Below are positions 11,976 through 27,207 of a DNA stretch of 64,000 nt, piece by piece. The position numbers and the translations under genes are program-made. The stretch lies in NCBI GenBank assembly GCA_951406725.2, contig OX597820.1:115506001-115570000 (forward strand). The letters are read 5' to 3'. The notes below the pieces were generated by a model. That model ran no database searches. It saw nothing but the letters and a program-made list of their open reading frames with translations, and was not told where the DNA came from. The stretch comes from Octopus vulgaris (Eukaryota). How positions within the stretch are numbered: the first letter of the stretch is position 1; every line of letters starts with the position of its first letter.

Positions 11976-14900
11976 TATAGAGTTACAGGAGTCACTAATT
12001 TTTAGGTTATAGTTCTGAGAATGAAATCCAATCGTAAACAGGTTGCTTTGCACCCATTTAGAACTAATTAAATAAATAGCAGAAATATACTGTAACAGTT
12101 GTCAGACACTAGACATGTCTGATGTTGTCTTAATTACAGTTGAGAGGGAAGACTCTCTACTCTCAACTAAATACTACTAAACTGATGCTGGTGTTCTGTA
12201 AAGTAACGTATCATTTCTTTCATATATTGTTTGACACCACAGCCAACCCTTCAATGAGAATTATGATAGAGAAACTGCAAGCTTTTTACAAAGATATACT
12301 ATTTTTCTGTCATAATTCTCGTTTGCAGTTTTGACAAGGGTATTATTTTTCTCTATTAGCATCGGTGAATAAATAGCATGGTTGATTACAGGTTTTCAAT
12401 GGGTTAATTACAGGTTTACTGTATTTCCGATTGAAAGAGTTACAAGTCTGATAACTCTGTGCAGAACAACTATCACCAAGGATATCATTAAAAAAAAACA
12501 CAGTAGTTTTTCAATTTCCTTACCAATGTTTACATTGAGAGTAGATTTGGTACATGGAAGCTGAAAGAAGCCTGTCATATATATATAGAGGGAGAATTCC
12601 CGACAAAAAACAAAAGACGAAGACAGGTTGTGTAGACAACAAACAGATACGTTTATTTGTTTCAGTCATTAGACTGTGGCCATGCTGGGACACCACCTTG
12701 AACTGCTAAGTTATAGGGATGTAAACACACCAACAATGGTTGTCAAGCAGTGGTGGGAGACAAACACAGACACAAAGATGCACACACATAGACATATATA
12801 CATACAACAGGCTTCTTTCAGTTTCTGTCTACCAAATCCATTCATATATATATATATATTATTTTATTATGGCTGGGTTCCAACTCAGGCCACAGCAGCA
12901 AATTCCACCTCCCACACTTCTCCATCCAACATCACTATGTAAAGGTCCTGAGTACATTCAAGGCCAGTGTCCGCAATCAAGTTGTCAATGTAAGTGTGAC
13001 AATGTTTTCCTCTTCTTACATCACCATGAAGTGGGCTCCATGACACACACACATGCACACACACACGCACACACATATACACACATGCACATATATATGT
13101 ATACACACACACACGTGTGTCTGTGTGACAGGCTTCTGCACAGTTTCTTATTTCTTTATTGTCTACAAGGGGCTAAACATAAAGGGGGACAAACAAGGAC
13201 AGACAAAGGGATTAAGTCGATTACATCAACCCCAGTGCATAACTGGTACTTAATTTATCGACCCCGAAAGGATGAAAAGCAAAGTCGACCTCGGTGGAAT
13301 TTGAACTTAAAACAATGGCAGACGAAATACCTATTTCTTTACTACCCACAAGGGGCTAAACACAGAGAGGACAAACAAGAACAGACAAAGGGATTAAGTC
13401 GATTACATCGACCTCAGTGCGTAACTGGTACTTAATTTATTGACCTCAAAAGGATGAAAGGCAAAGTCGACCTCGGCGGAATTTGAACTCAGAACGTAAC
13501 GGCAGATGAAATACCGATAAGCATTTCACCGCCATGCTAACATTTCTGCCAGCTTGCTTACTAAAGTCTCTTCACAATACATTGGTGAAGTCAAGGTTCT
13601 GTCCAGAAGATATTATCCCAAGTTGCTATGCAATAGGAAATCTCTAGCAACACCTACAATGTTTCCAGTGTTTTTAACTTTCTTTCTATGACCTAAAAGT
13701 TAATAGCAGAGAGAGGTGGGGATCGAGAGAGTGAAAGAGCGATAGAGAGATGATCATACAGACAACAGAGACAGAGAGTTGTTCTAATCTGAGACATTAT
13801 AAATCTTAGTCAATTTTTATAGAAACTTAGCTATGTCTGTCCCTAAATTTCTTACTCCAACAGGCTTTCTTACAAAATTCTTTCATGCAGTGACAATCTG
13901 AGGGTATCAGTGATGTATTGGTAATGGTAGCTTCTTTCAGGTGTTCTTGTAATATAAACCTTGTGCATATTAATTAATAACGAATTAGTTGAATTATCTG
14001 CCAGTTTAATTAGATAAATAACTTTAACAAGGAACTACAGCTCAGATCACTTTCTCGTTATAAAAATAACATTATATAATTAAGAGACTGTCTTAAATAT
14101 GTCATTTGATGATGGATATCAATAAAAGATGTAAACATTGCTTGGAAAATCAAGGAATTGGTGCATTCAAACAGAAGTGTTAATATGGTGCAGGCATGGT
14201 TAAGGAGCTCTCTTTGTAACCGTGTGGTTTCAGGTTCTGTCCCACTGTGCAGTACCTTGGATATGCGTCTTCTACTATAAACCCTAGGTCAACCAATGCC
14301 TTGTGAATTAATTTGGTAGATGGAGACTGTGTGGAAGCCTATTGTGTTTGTGTGTGCGCGCATGTATCTGTTTGTATCTGTTTGTCCCCCTCTACCACCA
14401 CTTGATAAGTGGTGTTGGTTTGTTTACATCCCTTTACCTTAGCAGTTGAGCAAAAGAACACATTTAAGGAGGATGATAAGTGAGTTTCATTCATTGAGCT
14501 AAACCTTTGAAGGTAGTACCCCAGCATGGCCACAGTCTAATGACTGAAGCAAGTAAAAGAAGACAGAAGAAAATGGTATTTGTTCTATCTAAGATGCACG
14601 AGCATTCTTTGCCATTCTGGCCATTTACAATGTAGGGAACTAGGTAAAGACTGAACTACTTGAAACCTTCAACTAATGATGTTTATTATTGGACACAGAA
14701 TTTAAAATAAGACCAACCTCTAAAGTACTTTGGGGGAAAGGATGGCAACTTTTTGAAATGACCCAGACAAAGATAAATAACTTTTATAATCACTATGACT
14801 GGTTGTAAAAACCCTCACCCCCACCTCTCTCTCTCATTTTTCTCTTAGGTGTGTATCTAATTTTAATACTTATTTTCAACCACATCAATAATGTAATTCT

Positions 14901-15737
14901 TTAATCTATTAATTCTCTTTTAATTACTTAAATCAGTGATTCTCTTGTGATATGCCATGTGATGTTGCTAGAGCTTAAATCATTTATATTTCTAGAGTAA
15001 AATATAAGCTTTTTTTGTGTGCATTTTTCGACTTTATATATAAAGCATGTTACAAAATATCTTATTGTACTGTGAATTAAAACATTCGGTAACCACTGAC
15101 TTGGTCATTGTTATAACATTAAGGCAGATTAACTTACTAAGATATGAATAGTTTTCAAAACCCTGTTTCCTAAAGGCATGTCATATCACCTTATTGTAAG
15201 AAGCAGTTCTCAAATTCATCCCTAAAAGACTGAATATGACATTGATTGTGTGTATGGTGTTCACTGTGTGTAAGCTTGGTCTCATTGTACATACAATAAA
15301 CATTCCCATTTTTATACCTCATCATCCCAGCTAACCAGGAAATATAGAGAATGTCAGGGATAAATGTGTTGGATAAAGATAAAATTAGTTGAAGTGGAGT
15401 CTAAATAAAAAATATATTTGAAAATCCTTTTGTTTAACTGTAAGACTTATTGTTAATTCTTAACAGTAATAACAATAGCAGATGTTATAATTCTGAATAA
15501 TATCAACAACAATAATAATTGTTCCTAATTGAGGTACAAGGCCAGGCATTTTGAGAGGGAGGGATTTAGTTGATTACATCATCCTCCAAGGTCAAGTGGT
15601 TGAAAGGCAAAGTAAACCTCAGCGGAATTTGAACTCAGAGTGTGAAAGGCCAGAAGAAATGCCACTAAGCATTTTGTCAGATGCACAAAAGAATCAACCA
15701 GCTTAATAAAAATAATAATAATAACAATAATAATGAC

Positions 15738-15775
<38 letters not shown>

Positions 15776-16474
15776 TAATAACAATAAATGGCGGTGCCCC
15801 AGCATGGCCACAGCTCATAGGCTGGAACTGGAATCAATCAATCAATCAATCAATAATGACAATAATGATAATATTATAATAATAATAATAATAATAATAA
15901 CAACAATAACAACAACAATCCGTTCTACTATAGGCACAAAGCCTGAAATTTTGGGGGAGGGGGCTAATCGATTACATCGACCCCAGTGCATAACTGGTAC
16001 TAAATTTATTGACCCCAAAAGGATGAAAGATAAAGTTAACCTCAGTGGGATTTGAACTCAGAACATAGTGACAGGTGAAATACTGCTAAGCATTTTGTCC
16101 AGCGTGTTAATTATTCTGCCAATAATAATTCCTATCATAATAATCACATTAGGTATGATAAAAAATGTTCAAATACATAACAAAAACACCAAGACTAACA
16201 AGTATATATAACATACAGAAAATAGCCCTACTGGGCACCATACACATTGTACAAAAAACACTTTTAATACAGTAAAAATAAGAGCATCACAACAAACCAC
16301 AGCACATACCCAAGGCACACAGAGCTATGCTCAGTAGTGAAGTGAAAGCACATGGTATAAATAAGACTGCTGAATAATAATAATGGTTTCCAATTTTGGC
16401 TCAAGGCTAGCAATTTTGAGTGGGAGGGGGTAAGTCAATTACATTGACCCCAGTGTTCAACTGGTACTTATTTT

Positions 16475-17139
16475 GGTAAATTTTTATATTAACACCTGCA
16501 TGATTTTCACTAAGAAAAAAATTTCGGATTTTTTGCATGGAATCAACCTCCTAATATGCTGCAAATCCCTTATTTTGGTTTGGAAAAAAGGTGGGGCAAG
16601 GGGGGATATATTTAATAACAAACCATGTAATTCACACTCTGGAAAATTTATTTCTGTAAAATGTTTTTTTTTATTAAACACACAAGATATAGTCTATAAA
16701 TTTAGGATTTATATACTTTCTCATACAACAATTAAGATATATTTATTTAAAATCGTTCATCTTTCTCCCACACACATGAAAGTTAGTTTGGGCGTGATTT
16801 TTATTTTTATTTTTTTTCCTTAGTGAAAATCGTGAAAAGATCAGTGGGGGAGGGGGAATTTCCGAGGCTTCCACCTCACCCCCATTTTCCGGATCCCAAA
16901 AAGGGTTTCGTAGCATATTAGGAGGTCACAGGAATTCCATTCAATGAAAAAAAATTATATTTCCAATGATTCTGAGATGGGGGGGGGGGGTCCCCTTCGC
17001 CCTGCTCCCCGCTCTTCTGAAACAAAATAAGAGATTTGCAGCATATTAGGAGGTCAGGGTACTTGATTCCATGAAAAAAAATCCAAGTTTTTTTTTTTTC
17101 TTAGTCAAAATTGTGCAGTTGTTAATATAAAAATTTACC
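16475..17139. mobile_element. MITE with long TIRs and 8-bp TSD (Merlin-like) inserted in a SINE
   Basis: Termini GGTAAATTTTTATATTAACA / TGTTAATATAAAAATTTACC with imperfect inverted arms over 100 bp. TSD CTTATTTT at 16467-16474 and 17140-17147. Removing the element restores the SINE sequence ctggtacttattttat. Confidence 0.85.
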
Positions 17140-19299
17140 CTTATTTTATTAACCCTGAAAGGATGAAAGGCAAAGTTGAGCTTGGCAGTATTTGAACTCA
17201 GAATGTAAGGGCAGATGAAATGCTGCTAAGTATTTTGCCCACCATGTTAATGATTCTGCCAACTTGCTGCTTTCACTGCCTTATTAATAATAATGATGAT
17301 GAGGATGATGATGATGATGGTGATGGTGGTGGTGGTGGTGTATTATTTTTTGACTACAGAAGGACAAGAGGTAAACCTGACCTTGGTGAGATTTGAACAC
17401 AAGGATAAAGAACCCTAACAAATAACGCTAATGGTTCTACCAAATAATAATAATTACTTGTATTGGCAAAGGTAAGCCAATTAAAACAGAAAGGAAACAT
17501 GATTGTCATGTCTTTTTTGTGTATCTAGGACTATATTGTCTAATGTGTGCTCCCTGTCTTAAGGTGATAGACTGTGATTTGAAAGAATTCATTTGTTATT
17601 ACTAGGAGGTTGAGCAAACTGCCCTATAACTTCTTCATTACATCAGCATTATCAAAATTCTGGACATTACTGTCTTGAGTCCTTCATCATCATCATCGTT
17701 TAACATCCGTTTTCCATGCTGGCATGAGTTGGACTCATGAAACCAGTTACCTACTTTCCATACTGTTTAAGTGACGAAGGTCACAAAATTCTCCCTAAAC
17801 AAGATGCTAGTCTGTCGTAGAGTTACTTGTTTGCAACTGAGTGAACAGGAACAGTGTGAAATGAAGTGTTTTGCTCAAAAATACAACACACTGCCCAGTG
17901 CAGGAATCGAAACCACAGTCTTGCTGTCACGAGTGCAACACCCTAAGCACTAGGCTGCATGTCTTCACCTCATTACATTGGTGAATTATTTCACTAAATC
18001 TATTCAAGTAGCTGGAATGGAACTATGAAGGATTGAGTCCTATATAGTGCAACTAACATACAATCATCACCAATAATATAAACTTATTCATTTAGTGTCA
18101 CACAGCACCATATGGAAGTAAATCTAGAAATAGATTACACCTGGCAACAAAATCCTGAATAGACATGCTTTCAAACAGCTATTTTGAATGAATGTAGGGA
18201 CCAAAATAACCCTCCCCCCTTTTTTTTTCTTAACTTATCAAAGAATGATTGTAATATATATCTTTATTTTCATGTAGTTGCATAACAGTGCATATTTTGT
18301 ATAAAATATTTTTTCGACTAGATTAGCATTTTTTTTTTTATGGTGGGGGTCACAAAATTGAAATAGATATTAAGGGAATTCCTGTGTTTATATTTATAAT
18401 GTGTGTTTTCTTTTCATCAAGTTGCAGCTGATGTTAAATTGAATGTTTCCTTTTTGATTTAGAACTTTTATATCTGTTTTGAAGACACATGTCTCATCTT
18501 TGAAGGTCTTGAAATTTGGTTATTTCTTTCAAAGTTACGGGCTGTTATTTTCCTCTGTTGTGATTTAATCCATTTTTCAAAATCTACATCAGTTTGTTAT
18601 CTTATGGTTTTGAATATAGTTGAATATTTGTGTTCTTGAAGCAAGTTCAAGTTGTATATTTTTTTTTAAGGAAATACCAGCAGACACAGGTATGGCTGTG
18701 TGGTTAAGAAGCTCACTTTGCAGCCACATAGTTTCAGGTTCAGTCTCACTGCATGGCACCTTGAACAAGTTTTTTCTATAGCTCTAGGCTGCGCAATCTT
18801 TATGAATGAATTTGGTAGATTGAAACTGTGGAAACCTGTCATATATGTGATCAAAAATAGATACCAAAGAGGCTGGTGTTGTTCTCTGTTAGCAAGACTC
18901 TTTTTTTCAATTTTACTATATGTTTGTGTGTCTCTCTGTGTTTGTCTTTGACAAACCATTTGACAGTGTTGGTTTGTTTACATCCTTGTAAGTTAGCAGT
19001 TTGGCAGTATCAGACTTAAAAAATAAGTACTAGGATTGATTTGTTTAACTAAAACCCATAAAGGCAGTGCCCCAGCATGGTCACAGTCCAATGACTGAAC
19101 CAAAGAACAAGTTAAAATGTATTGCCTGTTGTAGTATGTTTAAGTTTTTGATTCACTGTTGATGTCCATTTTACTTTTCTAAGTTATTACAATTACTTCA
19201 AAAATTTCCATTCTTACTTTTCCATGAACTCTCATGTCATCCCAACACCAAGGGGCTTAGGAATCTGGAACTGTTGTTTGTAAGACTAGAAAAAATATT

Positions 19300-19514
19300 C
19301 TTTTCTACTCTAGGCACAAGGCCTGAAATTTTGGGGAAGGGGGCCAGTCGATTAGGTTGACCCCAATATGCAACTAGTATTTAATTTTATCGACCCCCGA
19401 AAGGATGAAAGGCAAAGTTGACCTCGGCGGAATTTGAATCCAGAACATAAAGACAGACAAAATACCGCTGAGCATCTTGCCCAGTGTGCTGACATTTCTG
19501 CCAGCTCACCGCCT
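19300..19514 (-). mobile_element. SINE family B with 19-bp TSD
   Basis: TSD TAAGACTAGAAAAAATATT at 19281 and 19515. Confidence 0.9.
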
Positions 19515-21091
19515 TAAGACTAGAAAAAATATTGAAGGACTAAAATAGTGTTAGCACAACCTGCAAAAATTTCTGACTGGAATTGGAATGAGAACACTTG
19601 TGCTGTGACTCCTAAGCAAGACATTGACTTCCCTAATATTAGCAACTGTTAAAAAAAAAAAGTAAAAACAATATCTATTTTTAATTATTTAAGTAGTGGG
19701 GTCCTTCCTGAGCCCCTGCTATCTCTCTCACCCTCGCCCCTCCCCATCTCCATACTGATATTTCCCATCAACCACATTTCTACGCTTGTTCATCATTCAC
19801 TACATTTACCTCTATCTCCATCTCTAACCATCTGTTACTCTCCCCTCATGCTCTTATCAAACTACCCATCCTCTCATCACCCCCTCATCCACTGACTCTA
19901 TCCTCTCTTATTCTCACCTTCTTGTACCTTTACCTTGAGAGATTGTTCTAGAACATCATCACTACCATTCTTATCTTCTTTCCAGCTACTGCTACTTACC
20001 TTTATATGATGTGGGGTAGCCATGTGTCTCCTCTATAGCAAGGAACCTATTCTTGTCCCTTCTTCATACTTTAGACTCTCAACACCTGGCATAAAAGCAT
20101 TGTAATCTTTTCTGCTCTAGTCACAAGGCACGAAATTTTGGGCGAAGTGGAGGGGGCAGTTGATTAGATCAACCCCAGTACACAACTCTCAAGGGATGAA
20201 AGACAAAGTTGGACGTTAGTAGGGTTTGAACTCAGAACTTAAAGAAACACAAGAAATGCTGCTAGTCATTTTGTCCAACATGCTAACAATTCTGATACCT
20301 CACCACATCTGCATTACAGTATAGTCTTATTTTAAGCATGATTGGTTTTCATTGTAAAGTGGCAAGCTGGCAGAATCGTTAGCACGCTGGACAAAACACT
20401 TAGCGGTATTTCACCCATCGCTTCGTTCTGAGTTCAAATTCCACCAACTTAGCTTTTCGTCCTTTCGGGGTCGATAAATTAAGTACCAGTTGCGTACTGG
20501 GGTCAATCAAATCAACTGGCTCCCTCCCAAAAAATTTTGGGCCTTTTGTCTAGAGTAGAAAAGATTACTATACATCTCAAAGGTAGCAAGCTGGCAGAAT
20601 TGTTGCTTGTTGCTATGTTCTGAGTTCAAATTCTGCCCATGTTGACTATGCTTTTCATCCTTTCGGGGTCGATAAATTAAATACCAGTGAAACAGTAGGG
20701 TCGATGTAATCGACTAGTGCCCTTTCTCCGAATTTCAGGCCTTGTGCCGTTAGTAGAATGGATTGGTTTTCATTGTTTTTAATTTTCATTGAGATTTTCT
20801 ACTTTAAGGATGTGAAAATAAGTTATTTCTTTATAATTATTAACCATTTTCACAAAATCATTTCTGTTTTAAAACTAACAAATGGATATTCATCTTTGCT
20901 TTTATTTTTTAACTTGTTTCAGTCATTAGACTGTGGCCATGCTGGGGCATTACCTTGAAGAGTTTTTAGTTAAATGAATTAACCCCAGGATTTACTTTTT
21001 TTAAGCCTGGTACTACTTTGGGTCTCTTTTGCCAAACAAATACACCAACACTGGTTATTAAGTGGTGGTGGGAGACAAACACAGATGCAAA

Positions 21092-21151
<60 letters not shown>

Positions 21152-22162
21152 GAGATTTCTTTCAGTTTCTGTCTACCAAATCCATTCACAAGGCTTTGGT
21201 TGGCCCGAGGCTATAGCAGAAGACACTTGCCTAAGGTGCCATGCAGTGGGGCTGAACCCGAAACCATGTGGTTGGGAAGCAAGCTTCTCATCACACAGTC
21301 CCACCTGCATCTCTCCACACAGCCACTTTGTTGATATTTTCTCATACCACCTTCAGTTAGTGTCATAAACCAAAATTAGGAACTATAAATTTTGTCATAA
21401 ATTATATTAATTACAAAATTAACATTTGATTTTTTTTTTTTTTTTCAAGTCTCTTCTTTATACAGTTTTGAATCTTTTCCTTATTTTTTTTATTCCGATT
21501 TATAACAACAAAACTGTAACCCCATCTCTCTTTTATCTGTAATTCCATAATAGAATTAACGTTATCTCTTGGAATACGAAAGATGAATTCATAAGCAGTT
21601 GGTGCCCTGTTTTTTATGCTTTTGTGAATCACCAAAGAGAAAAAACATCACCCCCCACTAGGAACCCAGATAGCTTATATTAAAAATGTCTAAACACACT
21701 TTCTATCATAATATAAAGCTTAAAAAAACAACTACATATACCCATAGAGTACTGATAATATATTCTTATTTTAGAAAACTGTGCTAACATGATATCTGTC
21801 AGAATATACACAAATCCGGAGCAGTCATAAATAGAGAGAGATGTTGGCCAAAACTATTTATGAAATAAATATAAGCTATTAATCAATTGCGCTAGTTTGC
21901 AGAAAACTATTGGCATTATGATGATATTTATCTCAACTTTTATTACTTTAATTAAAATTCATTAGTTAATCGATGGAAACTTGAAATGTGTTACTTCTAC
22001 ACACCTAACTATCTAAGTAGATAACCAGTCTTTATCTCTTTATCATTAGATTGGCTACTGAAATAAGTTTGTCAGGTACAGGCACTTGTGTAGCACTGCA
22101 CAGCTGTATCATCCATTAGCAGTTTCTCTAGTTTCTCTTGCGGTGCTTCTTGGACTTAGTTG

Positions 22163-22211
22163 ATGTTGTCACTGCTGAACTGTTTGGGGAGACGTAGCAA
22201 ATATCCAAAAT
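22163..22211 (+). CDS. Candidate first coding exon (MLSLLNCLGRRSKYPK, phase 1)
   Basis: ATG at 22163, donor |gtatgt at 22212, in a repeat-free stretch with an inverted CCAAT (attgg) near 22050. Phase 1 is in frame with both the 23044 exon and the LIM exon. No homology recognised. Confidence 0.35.
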
Positions 22212-23043
22212 GTATGTATAACACAGCAGCATTCTGTTGTTATATTCTTGGAATGTCTTTGTTTCTTTCTCTCTTCACTTTCTACGAAAAATGTCATGTT
22301 TTTAATTTGAAGCTTAATTTTTAACTTCTGTTAATTTGCAAATTGTTTTCAATATTTTTCTCATAAAATTATCTACAGTGCAACTTAAGGATTTTAAATG
22401 AGAAGTTCTGATGTCTTTGCTTTATTTCAAAAATGAAGAAGAGATTAAACAGACTTGATGCTAATTAAGAATTTAATGAATGATATAATTAAAAAGAAAT
22501 ATTCTATTGTCATTTCTGCATAAATCACTGTTTCTATATTCTAAAAGCTGTGTGTTTACAACAACCTCCTTTCATAAGCTTCTTTAATTGTCATTTTGTT
22601 TGCATAATAATTACAATTACATAAAATTTCAATTCTGTGCTGGCTTTTCATTGTGGACAGCTAATCCTTAATTCACTTTAATCTCTCTTTCACATATATT
22701 GACATTAGTTAACAACACGAAAAAATAATCTGGTAATTTCATTCAGGGATTTATTTACTATACTGTACATGTTATTTCTTCAATTCTTGTTGTTTTTATT
22801 TTCTTTTAGTTTACTCCTTTATTTATTTTATTTCTTAGTTTACTTTTCATCTCAATTTGGATTAATAAGATTAGAAATTAAATACTTTTTTCTTCTAGGA
22901 TTGTTAATGTTGCTTTATAATAATCTATAAGTATTAAACACATTAAAGATTGTTAGGCGTTTGTTTATATCATCATCATCATCAATGTTAAACGAGATGA
23001 TGATGATTGGGACGTTAGATGTATTTGTTCATTTTTTTCCCAG

Positions 23044-23077
23044 TTGACACTCCGTTGTTGTCATGTCTGAAAAAAAG
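23044..23077 (+). CDS. Candidate 34-nt exon near the 5' end of the LIM gene
   Basis: Strong sites atttttttcccag| and AAG|gtaaag. Reads (F)DTPLLSCLKK(R/S) in phase 1, or UTR plus MSEKK. Frame unresolved. Confidence 0.45.
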
Positions 23078-25149
23078 GTAAAGTTTATTCAAATTTCAAA
23101 AACATAAACAAAAGTTGTAGAGGAAGACTAGATCTTCAAAAGCCATAAAAATTCTATGATAGAAATTATTTTTCATGTTAATTCAAATAATATTGGAAAG
23201 GATTAAAATAAAAACAAAAATAAACAGTCAAATTTATTTGATGACCCAATAATAAGAAAAACTGCTGACAGTATATTTAGAATTTATTATTTGTATTTAT
23301 TATGTAAACTAATTTTTACTGTTAGGTGTATTTTGTAATTTACAAGTTCTTATTCATAAGACATCATATTACGTAGAATGGTAGATTAACAGAAATAGTA
23401 TAGAGTGGCGTAAATTGTGCTGTGGCAGGTATTTAAGTTCCTTTGTCTTCTGACTTCAAATCCTGTCAAGGTTGATTTTGCATGTCATCCTGCTTGGAGC
23501 CAATAAAATAAATTGCAATCAAGCTTGTGTGAAGGAGATCCTATAGACTAAAATCTGTCATAACAGTTATGAACAGGTTACCTGCAGACAAAGATCATAT
23601 TTTGTTTTCATCTTGTAAATGTGAGAGAATAATTCTTAAATTCTTGAATTTATGTTCTTTTCTTTGAAAGTCAAAAATAATTGCTGCTAGGTTTTTGATT
23701 CTTTTCCCCAGTCAATTGAGTTTCCTGCTACTGTCACCCACAATTATATAATGCAGGGTAGCCATGTGTTTTCTCTATAGCAAGACACTTGTCCCAGGCA
23801 CAAAAGCACCTCTCCCCCATTCAAAATCACTCTCCGATTTGTCAAGGGGATTTTCCCCTTCCTTTATTATTTTCCTGTCTTGCAAGTTAACTTGACAACC
23901 TCACTAGTGCTGATGCCACAAAAAAATAGCCCCTAGTACACACTGTATATTGGTTGGCATTAGGAAGGGTATCCAGCCATAGAAACCATGCCAAAGCTGA
24001 CATGGAATACAATGCATGCCTGTGGATGCTCCTGTTCCTGTCAAACTATCCAGCCTGTGCCTGCATAAAAAACAAACAAATGTTAAATGATGATAAGAAT
24101 TTTATTTTACATACACCATTCAGTTCATCACATCTTTACTTACTGTTATATATTACAGGTATGTAATATATATGGATTTATTGTTCAGATATTTACAGTA
24201 GCTATCATAATTTTTCATAACTTCATGATTTCAACAATTTCCATGCAGTCCTTTCTTCCATTTAGTTGTTCATTTACCTGTTCTGAAATCATCACAAAAT
24301 AGACACAGACAAAACAGTACCTAACATCTTTTTATTTTAGAATATACTTTTGGGATATATGCTGTGCTTGTGAACCAAGTGTTGAACCAAGTGAAATCAT
24401 AGTCGTGGCCGATGCTAGTGCTGTCTGACTGGTGCCCATGCTGGTGGAACGTAAAAGGCACCAGTTGAGTGTTAGGCTTCATGGAAGCACTGACAAGTGA
24501 CCAAGACCCTTGGCGATATACTGTGCTTGTGTTGACCTGTCAAGCCAAGTGAGGCTGTAGTCATGGCCAATACTGGTGTCAGGTTAGTGGCACCACTCTT
24601 GGAGTGGTTGGTGTTAGGAAGGACATCCAGCCATAGAAACCTTGCCAGATCAGATTGGAACCTGGTGCAGCCCCCTGGCTTACCAGTTTTCAGTCAAACT
24701 GTCCAACCCATGCCAGCATAGAAAGCAGTCATTAAACAATGATGATAATGATAATGATGATGATAATATTATCATTCCCCAGCTTGGATGCAAATAAGAA
24801 TCTTCTTCACCCGGCCACTGAGAAACATTGTTATCATAGAATATACAACAGAGACATTATAGGTGTCTATGTTTGTGTCTGTGTCGTTGCTTGTCTGATG
24901 TTTACATCAGTCTAAAATCTAGTTTCCTTGTTTAGGTTGCACCTCTTGCTGTCCCTAATGATGCAACAAATAGAGATCAATAAAAGTACCTGGTCCCAAG
25001 TTAATATAAATACTTCACTAGATATGATTGACTAAGACTCTTGTAAAAGTTGCCCCAGTATGACCTTAGTCCAATAACTGAAACAAATAAAAGAAGATAT
25101 ATATAAATATATGTGTTAATATGTATAGGAGGACCAGACTTGAAGGTGT

Positions 25150-25400
<251 letters not shown>

Positions 25401-25405
25401 ATGAA

Positions 25406-25650
25406 TATATGGCAAGAAGAAAATGGAGGGAATCCAGAGGTAGTATTCATCAGCTGTTAGATATCATATTATGTCTATTTATCTATTTAAAACACTTCTG
25501 ATAATATATATATATACATATGTAAAGTACTAGTTAGTACTTTACACATGTATATATTATCAAAACTGTTTTAAATAAATATATAGACAGAATATTTAAC
25601 AGCTGATGAATACTACCTCTGGATTCCCTCCATTTTCTTTTTGCCATATA
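25406..25650. repeat. Fold-back palindrome in (TA)n
   Basis: Centre gtaaagtacta-gt-tagtactttac; arms of about 120 bp; unique extension to 25822. Confidence 0.88.
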
Positions 25651-26613
25651 AATTAAAGGTAAAAACCACTTATTACCCTCGCCTAGTTATTATACTCAAC
25701 ATTGTAATTCCCACACAACAACCAACACTTTTGCATTAATAATTGGGTATTCTACCAGCAGTATATTGGATACATCTATTCCTTAGTTGGTTGGATTCAC
25801 AACCTCTAACTCTCTTTAAATTATATATATATATATATATATATGATGATGATGATATAACACACACACACGTGCGCATGTACAAAATATTTATATGCAA
25901 AGGTACTAGCAATTATAAGTTTGACTTATGAGACGTTCTGTGTGTGGTTAAGTTAGTGTGTCAATTTAATAACAAAGGCTCCACTGAGTTGTTTGAAAGG
26001 GAACCAAAAATCAGTATCTAGTCCCTCACTATTCTTTTCCATGCAAGTCCTCTGTGTTTGGACTTGCACATAATACAACCCCCACCCACCCACCAAACCA
26101 GGCTTCTTTTTACAGTTCTGAAATAAACCATCAAAAGATTTCGTATATATATGTATATAGTGTGTAGGTTTATATGAATATGTATATATGTAATATATCT
26201 GTAATGTCGTGCAAGATAAACCTGTTATTTTTTTTCAACACTGGAGGTTTATTGTATTGTGAAAACTGTAAATAACTGTCTTTGTGAGAAAGAGAAAGAC
26301 ATTTGCTAACAACTGTCATAATACAGTGATGACTCCAGTGTATTGACAAAAATAGGTTTGCTTTGCATCACATCATTAGATACAGGAGGGAATGAATTAT
26401 TAACATGTAGATATAAATACATCATCTTTATTTGATGCTCGTTTTCCATGCTGGCATGGGTTGAACGATTTAACAGGAACTGGCAAGGCCAGGGACAACA
26501 CCAACTTCCATGCTCTGTTTTGGCTTGGTTTCTACAGCTGGGTGCCCTTCCTAACAACAAACCCCTTTACAGAGTGTACTGGGTGCTTTATATGTCGCAC
26601 CAGCATATACATC

Positions 26614-26687
<74 letters not shown>

Positions 26688-26689
<2 letters not shown>

Positions 26690-26849
26690 CGCAGGAGTGG
26701 CTGTGTGGTAAGTAGCTTGTTTACCAACCACATGGTTCCGGGTTTAGTCCCACTGCGTGGCACCTTGGGCAAGTGTCTTCTACTATAGCCTCGGGCCGAC
26801 CAAAGCCTTGTGAGTGGATTTGGTAGACGGAAACTGAAAGAAGCCCGTC

Positions 26850-26932
<83 letters not shown>

Positions 26933-27151
26933 TGTGTGTGTTTGTGTGTCAGTGTTTGTCCCCCTAGCATTGCTTGACAACCGATGCTGGTGTGTTTATG
27001 TCCCCAATACTTAACGGTTTGGCAAAAGAGATCGATAGAATAAGTCCTGGGCTTACAAAAGAATAAGTCCCGGGGTCGAGTTGTTCGATTAAAGGTGGTG
27101 CTCCAGCATGGCCACAGTCAAATGACTGAAACAAGTAAAAGAGTAAAAGAG

Positions 27152-27152
<1 letters not shown>
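26688..27152 (+). mobile_element. SINE family A, full-length copy with expanded internal (TA)n
   Basis: Same structure as 11582-11975, itself inserted in a (TA)n tract. Confidence 0.9.

Positions 27153-27207
<55 letters not shown>

Noticed and set aside
12740-13435. Longest ORF in the track (231 aa)
   Set aside because: Made of SINE pieces and CA/TA microsatellite; no protein-like composition.
23053-23095. Frame reading RCCHV-TGA-KKGKVYS, resembling a LIM start CxxC...VY with TGA at the second Cys (selenocysteine or pseudo-exon idea)
   Set aside because: Spacing is one residue off, it runs through the obvious donor at 23078, no phase-1 donor follows and no SECIS is evident; likely coincidence.
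25598-25670. CTGATGA in the 25406-25650 fold-back as a hammerhead core
   Set aside because: No helix II followed by GAAA and NUH downstream.
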